Shown here piece by piece: positions 47,700 to 61,561 of a stretch of 64,000 bases of DNA. Below the pieces are notes generated by a model that searched no databases, had not been told where the DNA came from, and saw only the letters and a program-made list of their open reading frames with translations. Positions within the stretch are counted from its first letter, which is position 1, and every line of letters begins with the position of its first letter. Origin of the DNA: Klebsormidium nitens (lineage: Eukaryota > Plantae > Klebsormidiophyceae); contig DF237206.1 of the NCBI GenBank assembly GCA_000708835.1, positions 1 through 64,000 on the forward strand, in the 5' to 3' direction. Position numbers and translations under genes: made by a program.

Positions 47700-50600
47700 C
47701 TTCAGCGCGTTGCATTTTAACTGCCGTCTGCTTTGCTGCGCCGTAAAGGATTTGCGCCTAACAGACAGGTTTGCTGCTTTGAGTTCGTTCTGACCTCGAG
47801 CGTACAACGAAATGAATACATCCAGAAGGTCGACGTCAGCAGCAGATACGTCAAAGCAGAAGATCGTAATGTCACAGCGGTTTTGCATTTGGCCACCCCT
47901 AAGTAAGCACTCACCGACCGCAGCACGCGCAGTTCGAGAAGGTCGGCAAACGCGGAGCTCTCCATTGGGTCCACCGTCCACCGGTCGTCCCCGTCTTCTT
48001 GCCACAGCACCTCCACCTCGCACAGGGTCAGGTTCTGCAGCGGAAACAGAGTGTTTCTTACCGGACCTCCATTACTTGAGTCCCTTCTCTTCCGACGACT
48101 GGTTAGGTGCTCTCCTTTTCAGAGCCCAGGCAATCCCCGAGGCAAATAGGGACGACGTAGATTATGAGGTTGGACAAATGAGAAAAGAAGGGGACAAGGA
48201 CAAGAGCAGAATGTACGGCACCAAATAAGGGTTTGTACGGCAAGAAACGTTTATCAATGGGAAGGGGCCTCCGGATCTGGCAAATCGAGCCGACTGCACT
48301 ACAAGCCCTTAGAATGTTGAATGCAATAGAAAGTGTCGTCTCGAAAGACAGAGCCCCTATACTGGCCACTTCATTCTCCATCACGAAGACTCGTCATCTT
48401 ACGTAGGACGCAAGCAGAGCAACACGATTTGAAGATGGGCGGCAAGAGTATGCTGAATGACATAATCAGTACAACAAAATCCGCTGCACCAAGCTCCACA
48501 AGGCGGATCCTCACCTCGGGGCTCAGTTTATGCTTGTCCCCTCGATCTGCAAAGAGCAACAAACGGATGAACGTCTTTAGCGTTTGTTACACAAGTTGCA
48601 ACAGTCGTGTGTACAGAATGGTGTACAGAAGATCAGCGCAACTTTCCTCAGCCTTGGGACTGTACTTTGGTCAACCGCCTAAAAGAGGCTTTGTATTACT
48701 CAGACGGCTCCAGCGAACAAAATGCCATGTACGCAGCTGCTTGGTCGCCAATCGAACGAAAGGTACCTGGCAGCGCTATCTGCGTCTGGTTCACTGCTTT
48801 AAAGCGGCTTGATCAGATACGGTCGGCTCCCTTCCACACACTCCTGAATCGAGAACGTGGCAACCCTGATGCTGCTCGATGCAATTGTCCGATCAGATCA
48901 ACGCCCGAGTTCGCCTCACAATCTGGCAAATAGGACCGGGAATCATGCCCGGCCCGAAACTCGGTTCGCTTCTGTAAGACCCTGAACATGACAATCGTGC
49001 GCTACATTGACCTTCGTCCAAAGAGAACTTAGAAACATACCGATGTTCCGCCCCACGATGAAACCAACGCCCTTCTCCCGGCCATCATTCATACGCTCTC
49101 GTGCAGCCGTCGACAGCGGGAACTCGACCACGTCCCCATTCTGTGCAAACGTTGGGCCGTCGTCCCCCGTATCCCCGTCACCGCCGCTTGTGGATGCCCC
49201 GGCGGCCACATCTCGGGCGGTCTGCTTCCGCGACTTCCTGCAAGAACCAGAAGAGGCTCAGCAAAGGAGACTCGTTGCTTCGAACTCAAGCCTCGACGCA
49301 CGTTTCGGTCCTCGTGGGGGTCATAACTGGCTTCATTGCTTGACTAGGGCCATTTTCCCCCCCTGAAAGGACTCGAGGTTCTGACGAGAATCCTTGTCAT
49401 GCATGGTAGAAGCTCTGGAGCATTGGATGCATCTTGAATGGACAGGAGGCACCGCAGTCTATATGCTCTTCTAAAACGACGTGACTATGTGTCGGGTGGA
49501 CCATATGGAGAGCTATGATCTGCTCAGTGGTGCATGAGGATTTGCATTCAGAAGTTTGACTATTGGCCTGAGTATGTAAAGCTTGCAGGATACTCTCCCA
49601 GGCTCGGTAGCATACGAGGTATCTCTACAAGATTCTTAGATGAAAGAAGGTTAAGAGAAAGAAAGTCAAGGTTTGAGATATGATTGACGAATCCTCACTT
49701 CTTTTTCATGGGTTTGAACTCGTCCCAAACCTCCCAGGCGGAGCCACTGCTTTTATTCGGCTGGCGCTTGAGACCTTCCACACCGTACTGGTCATACAGC
49801 TTCCGCTGCTTGTCATCGACCAGAACCTGCACATTCAGAAGCGCGCAGTCTGAGGGGCATGTGATTCAAAGGGCGCGGTGATCGAATCCCTTCGGGTGCG
49901 GAATCAATCATCCTTGTGCCTCAATTCAACTTCAGTCCGGTTGAGAATCTCACCAAATGCAGGCCTGAGATTCCATGGTACTTTGTGGTGGCTCCTATGG
50001 CAAAGACATATGAATACCCAAGTCGAAGCCGTTCGACGCAAAGCAACCACTTTCGGTGCCACATTTACTCATTGTGTCACGTTGAGTTGCCTCAATCAGT
50101 CCTGGCAAACGAGCTTTGTTTCTGGTAGACTTTTAGATCCAGCAGCTAGCTTTCGGTGAGGACCTGAGTAGCATGCGGAGGCAGGTCAACAAGCACAGTA
50201 GCACCTACTCCCAATATCTTGCGAACTGACTCTTCTCTTTAAAACAGAGAATGCACTCCCACTTCATACCTCATAAGCGTTGCTGAGAGCCACAAAATTC
50301 TCTTGAGCCCCATCATCCTTATTCACATCCGGATGAAACACCTGCAAACCCCACCAGTCATCAATGACGAGTTTTCAGATCGGGGGGGGGACAGAGTGGT
50401 GCAGATCGATTGTGACTTTATCCTCCGTTGTTATCCTGGGGTGCTCTTGCTTTTTCAACCAAGTGCCACCGACTCAGAGATTATTGCAACATTGCACGGA
50501 GAGCTGTGCAAGAAGCAGCATTCGCTTGATTTACGAGACTTCTGTTAGACATGGGAAGCCATACCAGGGCTAGTTTCCGGTACGCACGTTTCAATTCCGC

Positions 50601-50939
50601 CTTGTCCACTCTTGTGCTCACTCCTAGGAGCCCGTAGTAATCATCTGCTGATACACCACTGTTTCCTGCCTGGCAAAGCACAGTCCTCCCCAGCTTTTTC
50701 CTACTGCTCCCTACATTCATGAGCAGATTACTGGGAAGAATGAGAGGCGCACTCAAACAATGCTGCTGCAAAGATGACTGCAATCTATCATCACGAAGAC
50801 CACATGCGAAAGCTCTGCGTGTGGGGGACATCACAGATGTGGTTGTATCCTGCTCTTTGGACAAACTACGCCCAGGAAAAAGTGTGCAATTGTTGCACGG
50901 GAGTGCGCTCATTGTGGCAAGCGCAAGGGTGGGAGCCAT
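47700..50939 (-). CDS. Plastid-targeted J-domain (DnaJ type C) protein; 3' end approximate
   Basis: S/R-rich transit-like N-terminus; DYYGLLGVS....ELKRAYRKLAL|VFHPDVNKD (HPD 50335-50327)..F..LSNAYE|VL.D...RKLYDQYG. Further in-phase exons KSRKQTARD..VVEFPL, DRGDKHKLSPE, NLTLCEVEVLWQE. Confidence 0.88.
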
Positions 50940-51162
50940 GGTTCAAGAAGCAGAGCTTGAATGCCCCTCTTGCAGAGAGCTGTGCCCTTCAGAATAATCG
51001 CCAGCGCGCTTCAGACTCAGAGAAGAACCATACCTACCTACCTATCAAGGGTAGTTCAGGGGGCCATGCGCTCGTCCTTAAGCACATCTCAATGTCAGAA
51101 AAATCTGATTGAATTTGAAGTCTGAATTTTGAATATACGATGCGAGCAGCGAGCTACATACG

Positions 51163-51725
51163 GTACCAACTTACCCTACCTGACCCGTAACGCCGAGCGA
51201 CCAGATTGCCCGTATACCAGTAGTCCGGGTCGCCAGAAGCGGCACCACCTGGTACATGTCTGAGCGGCGACGCAAAAGCATGACTTATTGGGCAAGGACC
51301 GCCGCGAAACCACGTGGCACGTGATTAGTTCATCTTATATTATATAGGTAGACGCCCGTAATGTACCAATTATTCGTTTTAGCAGGGCGTCGTCTCGTAT
51401 AACGGTACACAGATTGACTTGCATCTGGATTTAGGTAATACTTATAAGGCCGCGCCCCGACGGACGGGTGGGGTTAGATGGCTCTGGTGATTTGAGGGTC
51501 TGTTTGAGAGCGGAGCGCGGCATAGGTACAATTTTCGGTCACGGTACCGTGCCAGAGACTCTAATGAAGGTTTTGGTTAGGCCGCTGCACCGGGTACTCT
51601 CTCAAGAGTATCGGAGGCCTATGGCTTGTATAAAGTTCACAATTTTGAGTAGGTATTCATGGCCAAGTACGGTATTCATGGCCAAGTACTTGGGCTCCTG
51701 CGTACGGTAGCAGGTATTACGGTAC
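51163..51725. promoter_or_regulatory. Divergent DnaJ/CHX promoter with 11 GTAC cores, a tandem G-box (CACGTG at 51311 and 51318) and a 19-bp tandem repeat (51652-51689)
   Basis: Motifs counted directly in the sequence; function inferred. Confidence 0.5.
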
Positions 51726-52005
51726 CTATAGGCTATACGGTATGTCCATTGGACAGGAACATTGGAAGGAGCGGCAGCACGAGTCACGACTCCCGAGTCC
51801 CGAGATGATTCGCGTGAGAGATGTCCACAGGTGGATGTAGGAAGCCTGTAGGCATCGTGTAAGAATTACTCTTGTAAGGGCGGGCGTAGCTGGGCACAGC
51901 TAGAAGGCCGCGAGCGTCTGGGCTGGGCAGCTGAAACAAGGAAAGGAGAGTACCCCTTGGCATCTGGCTTGGAAATATTGACGGAGCTTCAACCAGCTGA
52001 GCAAG

Positions 52006-55000
52006 ATGTCGCCCGTCAACTCCAATGGTTTGATTGTAAACGACTCGCCGCTGCACCATTCGCTGACGCTTCTGCTGATCCAGTTGCTGATTATCATTGC
52101 GTTCAGCAGAGTCCTTGCTGTCGTCCTTCGCCCTCTGAGACAGCCCCGAGTCATTGCAGGTAAGGAGAGCTTTTTGAGCTGAGAGGAGGTTCCTCAGCTC
52201 ACACGCTTTCTGAATGTCCAGAGCTTGAGCTCAACTGCTGAAAGTTCAGGGCTGTTGTAATTATTGATCTAGCGTCATTTGCATATAGGTCACTCGAGAT
52301 GATGTGCAGCAAGGGCCTCTTTCCTTCAGCAGCATCACCACCCCTGTGACGTTGTCCTGGAAGGATGCAGGGATTAAAGGGACATTTCGTCAGTCATCTT
52401 TTTGGAAGTCTCTTGTCGTCTTTGCATGGATAGTCTCCAAGTCAGTGAATTTGAAGCCTATGTGAGACATGTGTGCTTAGTCCTAATCCTACTGTTGCTT
52501 GTGCAGAGTTGATCGGGGGCATCCTACTGGGCCCAAGTGTTCTCGGAAGGATACCCGGGTTTTTGGACCATGTCTTCCCGGAATCTTCCCTTCCAGTATT
52601 GGAGGATGTTGCGACTCTTGCGCTTCTATTCTTCCTGTGAGTACATGTGTTTAAATGTGTCTGCCAGAAGACCAAAGCCGTCAAAATGGACTGCGTCAAG
52701 GCGGATTGTGCTCTCATGATCACTTTCTGTTCCTGATTGGACACTGGTATACGATGCATTGCGATGATGGTCCTGTGAGCTGTTGGTGGCCCTCCTTGAA
52801 GAGCCACACTGTGGTTGAACCTGCTTTTCAAGCTACTATGGTTGGCTAATATGGTTGCAGTCCTGGACGGATGTACAATTGGACTCACTTATATGCCACC
52901 GTACAGGTTTCTCATTGGCCTTGAGTTGGACGTGAATGCATTGAAGACCGTGGGGCCCAAGGCTTTGGTCATCAGTGCTAGCGGAATCATTCTCCCCTTC
53001 GCATTAGCTGTCCCAGTAACTGTCTGCATCAAGGGGCTGGGTCTCTCCAGCGTTGGCTTCGGCTACCTGTACTTGTGAGCGATCCTGAATCTCAATTGCC
53101 CATTTTGATTGCTTTGCTCATTCTAGTCAGTGCAAAAATTGAGGACTTTACTTATTCCATAGAAAGTAGCTCTTTGAGTGAGCTACCCTGCAAGCGAAGC
53201 AGTGCGGATCCGCTGGAAGTGTAGCCTCTGCGAGGAGTGGTCGCATCGCCTGGCTTCTATGCCTATCCGCTTAGGATGTTAAGGCTTCCTTCTGCAGGTT
53301 CACGGGGGTCGCCATTGGGATCACAGCATTTCCAGTTCTTGCAAGGATTCTGGCAGGTGAGCACCTCTTGTTGACCGGTGCTGGCCGCATCCTCATCTTT
53401 ATTCTGGACATACCCAATCTTTTGTTGGAAAAGTTTCACCGTTTCTCAGCATGTCTAGCTTTCAAAAATAGACATGGGAAGAAACTTTCAGAAGACTCGT
53501 TCCGCGTGCTTGGCGCATGTGCCCCTCAAAACTACAATGTCTCATCCTTGATTCGATCGTTGATTGGGTGCACACATTAGATGAAAGTTCTGCTCTCAGT
53601 GGTCTGCTGTTTTCCTACTTGCAGAGACCAGACTACTGACAACAGACATAGGACAAATTGCCATGGCGGCTGCAGGTGAGGCGCCACTTGAATGCTTCAA
53701 GTTCCGCACTGCTCATTCACAGTCGACACAATGGTGTTTGACATTTGAAGCGCTTAGTGATATCCTACCTTGTGTGATGCCTGAAGTTTTCAGTAGACGC
53801 TTATCATTGATGCAAAGTCTCCATAGGTCTTTGGGCCATGTGTGCTGGCGCAGTAATCTGCAAAGCTGTCGTACACAGTGTTCCTCAGGTTGCTAGCCTT
53901 GTCGATCAACAGGTTGCTCAACTTGATGGTCCCAAGAAATCATTCTGCAGTATAGTACCTACAGCTTATGCTCTCCCCAACCTTCAAACTCTGTACTCAT
54001 CTCCAGTCCGCCTGACTGTCATCAACTTTGCAATTCTTAAATTTTTATGAAACCTTGGCTTGCTGTGACACATCTGATGATACCTTTTTGTTGTTGTTGA
54101 GTGCAGCTGCCGGGGACGTGGTTGCATGGTAGGCCCAACTTCGACTTACTCATTATGTAGTTTCATCTGGACACTGCCAGCAAAAGTGACGGACACTTGA
54201 TCTACTGTGCCAACCTGTTTGTGACTGTACAAGCAGAAGCAGGAGCGTTCCATTTAAGAGGCATGGCTTTGCATTCCTGCTGTCTTTATCTGGAGCCAAG
54301 TTACTCATCGAGGAGATTCTTCTGATCAATAAGCTGTTTGAGGATGTGCTGATGCCTTAAAAATGATCTGACGGCTGTGCGAATAACACAGTCTGATTTG
54401 CCTGCAGGTGTCTCCTTGCACTGACTGTGGCAGTCCTGAATTCGAGGAACCAGAGCCCTATTGCAGGACTGTGGATCCTACTTGCTGGGATTGCCTTCAT
54501 CCTCTTCATGTTCATCTTCATAAGGTAGGGCTGTCTATTGGACTGAATGCAACATCGTCTTTTGAGAAAAGTTACACAGATGCAGGATATTGTGGATGGA
54601 TGCTCGATGAAGGATGATAGCTGAGTCCGTACCTGTGCGCACTTGAGTGCAGAAAAATTATCCTCAGCAGAGCAACTCACAAGTTCGCAACAGAAGACAC
54701 GATGAACAACTTCTTTCAAGAGTACCATCGCCAATCGCTCAGTCGTTTTCTTCTTGCAGGCCCATCTTCCGTTTCATTGCCCAGCGCAACGACGAGCGGG
54801 GAGTGGTTTCGGAGTTCTCAGTTTGCCTCGCGCTCAGTCTGGTGCTTGTCGCCTCCCTCCTTACAGACATCATTGGCATTCACCCGATTTTCGGGTAAGA
54901 CAGCAGCTCACTCCTTGTTTCACGCTGGCTTCTGTTGAAATATCCGGTTGCTCTCCCCAATTTTCCTATCCTACAAGCTTTAACTCGAGCTCTTCACCTA

Positions 55001-58000
55001 TCGACAGACATTACAGGCAGCCTTGTTCATTGTTGCTACTTTTATTACCGGTTCCCTTTGCCTCGGTACTCAAGTTGGGATATTCAAACAGGACGTCGGA
55101 GTTCCGATCGAACTCTCCTACAAACGCCTACCCTTTTGAATATTGCAAAGTTAGGCAGTAGACGGTCTCGACCCTGGCATCTTTCTAAAAGACAGGCGCG
55201 TTCTACGGCCTCTATGCACCTCTATGCGCCTCTATGCAGGGGAAGACCATACAAGGTGCTGACATCGACTCTCTGGTCAAGCATATCGGCAAGAATTCTC
55301 GCAGCTAATAACGTATGGGAGCCTCTTTCGATTGTGTTCAGCTGAAAATGCGGGAATAGGGTAGAAAGAACAGCGGAAAAGGGAATTCAAACCCCTGCAA
55401 GCGGATGACGATTCCGCTCTTTTATTTAACCCAACTATTCCGCCAACGAGCTGAGCCGAACTATGTGCTGAGCATATGCGTACTACAATCTTTCAAAACC
55501 AAAGGGGACCTCGTCTAACGAAAAGGACTGAGCGCGAGCATCTTTCCTCCCTGCAGAGCGTTCGTTGCAGGCATGATGATTCCCCACGACTCAGCCTATG
55601 CAGTGGCGTTAACGAGCAAGGTGGAGGACTTCATTGCTGTCACCTTGCTCCCAGCCTACTTTGCAGTCTCCGGACTCAAGACCCAGGTGCGACACCCCTG
55701 GCATTGACAAGTCTGTTGAAGCGGCCCGTGTTTTTCCACTTTTGCAAACTACTGTTACCCCCTTCTCCAATTCCCCCTTCGACAAAGCCTGTCGATCGTA
55801 GTGTAAGCCGCACACCGGAGATCACGATCATTGTGCAGGCTTGCCGCCAGTTCCCTCTTGAGGTTTTTGAGCTCCTTGCAAGACATACTGTGAGCAGCAC
55901 ACTGCATCCTACGCACCTACTCTCTTCAACAAGATTCCTTGAAATGTTCTAGTGGTGGCGTCTTAAGCGGTTGGTGTCATTTGCAGATTGCGTCTATCAA
56001 CTCCGGGAAGGCCGTGGTTGCCATGTTCGTCATCATTTTCGCGGCCTGCTTCGGCAAAATCGTGGCGTGTACCGCAGCAGCCTGCGCCTTCAAGATGCCC
56101 TTTCGCAAGAGTCTGGCGATCGGTCTGCTCATGAACTCCAAGGTGAGCGCCCCCAGAAGCACCGCTGAGTTGCACGCACGTGTGGGGAAAAGTTTCGGGC
56201 AAAGCGTAACGAAGTGAAGAAACCTGCGTGAACTGCTCAGACGTGTTCAAGAGTGTTGCCTATGTAGTTTCCTCCTTTACCAAAGTGCTGGGAGGCTTCC
56301 GTCGACTTGCTTCTGCAGATTTTTGCGCTTCGTTGCCCTGCTAATGCCTCTTGTAAGATTTGCAGGCGATGTTTCACTATTGGCATAGAGGACGAGAAGG
56401 TCGCTAGCGTAATCATACCAGAGCTTCGGGCTGGGCATCCACCAACGAGGCAGCAGCATTTTTGGATTACTAGACCCACGTTGATCCAGTATGAACGCAG
56501 CGGAACGGAAAGAATGCACTCTAATGGTGTCTGACGCCTTAAGTTACTTGTACCAGGGGCTGGTGGAGCTCATCGTGCTCAACGTGGGCCTCCAGGCGGG
56601 CGTGCTGGATCAGCAGCTGTTTGCAACGTTCGTCATCATGTGCCTCGTGACCACTTTCATGGCCACCCCCCTGTAAGCACTCCTTACTTGTTTGCCGGCC
56701 GCATCTGTGAAAGATACGCTCAGGCTCGTGATGCTTTTGTATTGCAGAGCCTTTCGTTTGTCAGAAGCTCAGTGCCGAGGAGTTCAACAAGACCTCAAAA
56801 GTTAGATGTAGAATGCTTTGGCAGCTCATTTATGCGCTTTCTTTTGAACCGCGACTGTAAGGCCGGCCGTACCGATTCTCAGCATCTGGATATGAGAACA
56901 CCGTCGCTACTTAGGGCCGGGCGCTTTATCGACTCAAAATGAAACGGTCTGCATCTTGACAGGGACGTGAAAAGCAGAACAGGTTTTCCAAAACCAGTAT
57001 ATTCGTGTCCCATCATCCCTTACAATTCTAACAGGACGGTCCCAAATGGTTCAGACCGGACGGTTCTGAACGCTCATGACTCTCGTGCTCACTTTTTTTT
57101 GCAGGGTCATGTGGGTCTACCCCCCTGCCCGGTTCCAGAAGCAGACTCTTGCCCCGGCCCAGAAACTTCAAGCCGTGGCACTGGACCACAAACCGGTCCG
57201 CTTGCTGGCGTGTCTCTACGGCCGGAACGACATCCCCGGAGCTGTTAAGATCACGGAGCTGGCAAAGGGCTCGGATCAGCAAAACCTCCGGGTGCACGCA
57301 CTGCATCTTCAGGAGCTGTCGGAGCGGCCGTCGGCGATCCTGACAATGCAGCGGTGGGCTGGCAAGTAAGTGGATCTTCCATCTCAGATGACATTTATTA
57401 TTTACAGCTGGCCGTGCAACTCATGCAAAGTGCAACTACTCCCTGTATCACATCTCCTCTGACGCCTCTACAATTTCAGGTTCCGGTCTCCAGGGGGAAC
57501 CTGTCGTTTGAAAAGATAGATTCCTGCTTTGGACGATGATTACTGGGTTATTCTCTTAATCTCTGGACTCAATGGTGCCTCTCGGTCCTCCCCGTCTATA
57601 GTAGTCCCTTGGCGAGCAGAGTTATACCACTCTTTGATCAAGCCGAAGCGGTAATCTACATAAAGAAGGGACGTGGCACTCTGTCAGAACCATAAGAGTC
57701 GTTCTTTCGCCCAGAAACACCATTTGTTCTCAAGCTCGCTTCAGATGGTCACACTCTATCCCTGTTTCCCGCAGGGTCTCACCGGCGTTCGGCATGACCA
57801 ACGTCGGCCTCACGTTCAAGTCCTTCGGCGACCTCGACACCAAGGTGCCCGTCACCTCCTCGGTGGCGATCTCTTCCCTTACGAGCATGCACGAGGACAT
57901 CACCGCAGCAGCAGCCCGCTCGCAGAGCAACGTTATCCTGCTGCCCTACCAACCGGCGGGCGCCATCGGGAGGCTCCTCGACTTCCCAGGAGGCGGGTTG

Positions 58001-59756
58001 GATCAGGTGCGTGCAGTGCTTGTCAATCCTGTTACCGTCTGACCTCATCTTGGACTCCAATCTTTGGCGGACTCGTGAGAGGAGGTCGTTTATGCATCCT
58101 TGAACGGTGCATCCGTGCAGTAATTTGCTGTTCAGGCTCGTTGAGGTTGTTTTAGATTACTTTTGAGCGGTCAGTAAAAAGAATCATAAGCAGAGTTTCA
58201 GTTAAAAAGTGGCTCCTTAGAGCAGAGACGTGAGGGAACAGTGAAGTCCCACTAGACTCAGCCTTGTCTGAGAGTGTGTTTTGTTGATATAAAACAAGCT
58301 AGACCTCTGACTGATTTCCTTCCTCTTTTGGCGGCCAGATCACGTCCCAGACCCTCAAGACCGCCCCCTGCACCGTCGCCCTCCTCGTGAATCGCACCGA
58401 AGCCGGCCCGACCTCCTCCCCGGTGATCTCCCCCGAGCGCTCCATCGAGAACGGCGTCACGCGGGCGGTTATGCTCTTCTTCGGCGGCCCCGACGACCGG
58501 GAGGCCCTGTCTCTGGCGGCGCGCATCGGCGGCCACCCGCAGGTCGAGCTTACCGTCATCCGCTTCCTGCCCAGCGAGGCCTGGGCGCTCGCGCTGCAGC
58601 AGAAGGCGGCCGCCAAGCAAGCGGAGGAGAAGCAGGAGTTGCTCGCTCGGCGCGCAAGCCAGGGAGACAGCGCCGGTGAAATCAGCTCGGGGGGATCCCC
58701 CGAGCAGAACGCCGAGGGCAAGAAGCCCGTCATCGAAGACGAAGTTGCGCCGGCGCCGAAGGCGGTGGAGTTGAAGGAGCTCGCGCGGCGGACCAACCTG
58801 GGTGCGGACGACCGGACGGCATCGGGGTCGTCCGAAGCGAGCGCGGTGTCCGTGGTGATCGACCGCCTGCAGCCGGACAAGGAGCGCGCGCTGGACGACG
58901 CGGCGCTCGCATTTTTGTACGCGGAGGCGAAGCGGGACCACTCGGAGGGGCGGCGCGTGCGCGCCAAGTTCGAGAACGTGGAGCTCGACCAGCAGAGCGT
59001 GTGGTCCGCAGTCAAGGTGAGTTGGAGAGAGTTGCATAGTAGTGTGTTTTGCTGTTTTCTTTGTGGGGTGGATGTCCCGAGCGGATTCCTCTTATGGTCG
59101 GGGTTGGACTTGTGTTGGGGGAATGCTGCCGACGAAGCCCGTGTGTTGCTTGTGTTCGCTATCATTCCTATGCTTTGACGCGTTGAAATTTTTTACTGCC
59201 GTATGAAGGGCTAATCTGTAGTCTAAATACTAGCTTTGAGATGTGCCTGCTTCGTTTCCTTAGATTGATCTCTTCTGTGTGCAAGTTGATTCAGCTCCGT
59301 TCTGAAACTACTTGGAATCTTTTCCCTACGAGAAAGCGTGGATTGATAAGGCGAACAAGGAGTCTTTTCAGTGTTATGTTTTAATTGGTCTTTTCTCGCT
59401 TGTTCAAACTGAGCGCCTAGAGTATCAGCTGTTTCAAGCGTACAGGAAAGTAGATTCTGCCGGTTAAACACACCATTCATTTTTGCCAGGCCATCAAGCT
59501 GCACCAGTACAACCTCATCGTCTTCGGCCGCAACCTCGTCCGCCCCCCTCCGATTCTGACGCCAGAGGACGAAGGCGCCACTCTCACCCGGGGAAACTCG
59601 TTCAAGTTGATTCGTGACAGCCTCAGCGCAGCTGCATCCGGTTGGACCAACACGGACGTCCGGCCGATGCTCGGCCCGGTGGCGGACAATCTGTTCAAGT
59701 CCGGCGTGATTGAGCAGGCTTCGCTGCTCGTTGTTCAGGATAGCGAGTCACGCTAG
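52006..59756 (+). CDS. CHX: Cation/H+ antiporter, CPA2/CHX family, many exons
   Basis: [18 protein letters not shown]|[41 protein letters not shown]|[25 protein letters not shown]|[48 protein letters not shown]; stop TAG 59754-56. Confidence 0.96.
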
Positions 59757-60899
59757 AGACTCTACGGAAGGACTGTCATGTGCTTGACGCTTTTCGTCTC
59801 TTTAACCAATTGTGCAAAAGCAGAATGCAGCAGCAGATACAAACGAGCATTGTGCAAGGAACATAGGTCGGACATGCCCCAAGGACCGCCTGTACTTTGC
59901 CAGCGAAAGCGGGTAGGATATTATTCGCAAGAATTACGTTCTAGTTGATTAGTGTCGGATTAATCTCATTTGGAACACCCTTGCTTCTCGGGAGTTGAGC
60001 AACAGGAGCTGAAGGCTTTGTTATCGGAGCAGGGTTTGTTGCTTTCACAGATTCTTTCAAGGTATCCTCTCTACAGTAGTTTGCAGTCTCCCGGAGTTGC
60101 CAACTGTATATAGCGGCTGTAACAAGACTCGTTAAGACCCCTTGGATTATATCCGCGAGCTTGAAACGCGTTAATTCAAAGCTTTCTTGAATCCACGCCC
60201 AAAACAGGCAAGCGGGATAACTGCATGGCAGTCGATATAAAGTCGCACGTCTGTCCATCAAATTACGCATGATGGAGAAATTGTGGTCCGCTTCACTCGA
60301 TCTATCGCTGCACTGCACAGACACTTCACACCGCTGTGGAAATTTGAATTCTCTATAGCTGGGCAACCGCGACGTTAGTACACACTGACATTGTACCACA
60401 TTAGTACACACTGATCGTACCAACTTGATGGCCGCAACGTCGAGGTACATTGAATACCGACTTGATTAATAAAGCTAGCTTGGAACACGATCATGCTCGA
60501 CAATGCCTGGTAGGAGATCCGCGATCGACATAAGCTTTACCGTTTAGTATGCGCTTTCGCCTGCATGTTACTTTCCTCTTAGGAAAGAGAAATGTAGGTC
60601 TAATCGATTATGCGGCTACAAGTTGCATCATATAATCGTTCAATCGTTGTCATGCCGTGATATATCGTTGCTGTAAGGGCTCGACCCTAAGCTACTTTTG
60701 TTCCCCACACCTAGTTCCAGCCTGCCGCTCTAGGGTGATCCCCCTGAGCCTGAGCTTCAGAACGCTGCATATCTGCTAACAGGCGTGCGCTTGATATTTG
60801 CGCGCCGCCGTTACGATCATAATTCAACCGTATGACTACATATTTCGGCGGTTGATAACCGCGTCCAGTCACGGCGGTAATGCGACATCGACTACACGC

Positions 60900-61005
60900 G
60901 ACTTGTAGACTTCCTAGGCTAGCTGTAGACTCAGACTACTAGTGTAGACTTCGCGCGATACCACTAGATCGTAGTGACTCGACTTCGACTCTAGACTCGA
61001 CTCAG
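60900..61005. repeat. Degenerate GACT/TAGACT-rich low-complexity tract
   Basis: About 10 GACT occurrences in about 105 nt. Confidence 0.7.
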
Positions 61006-61561
61006 ATATTCCGACGACAGCGAGTATAACCTAGGAACATTCGACTCATTCGCCAACTTTGTGCGAGCTGTGTTTTGGAGACATCAGCGCTCCCTTGGGA
61101 TCATAGATGATGTGTATGATGCATATGAGTGACATGAGATGCCATGTATTCTTCTTTTAGCCGAGTGCGCCGAGACTTGTCTGGTATGTTATCGACATGT
61201 TACCGCAACGACCCAGGACCGCGTGACATCGTTGCAATCGGAACCGCGGCCAATTATAAGAGCACCAACTGCGGAAAGCCTACCTACGCAATCATTTGCA
61301 GCCATGCATGACCAGTGACTGCACTTACGAGGGTCCGGCTTGTACTGTAGCTTAAAACGGCGCCCCTTAATTCGTGACCTAGGTGACCGATTGTAAGTGA
61401 TGCTCAACATTGGCAGAAGAACCTGTGGCGTCATGTGACCCCATTTTGCCTGCAGGTAATTGTACATGCCGATGCTCAAAGTCACGCCCGCCAGCTCATT
61501 AGGGACCTTGTACGTCACGCCGATAAGAACAGGATGTCCCAACCCGTGACCAGCTCTTACC

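Noticed and set aside
59941-60450. 169-aa - strand ORF downstream of AP3B
   Set aside because: No recognisable motif or clear splice link to AP3B; overlaps a 26-nt tandem duplication and the CHX 3' region.
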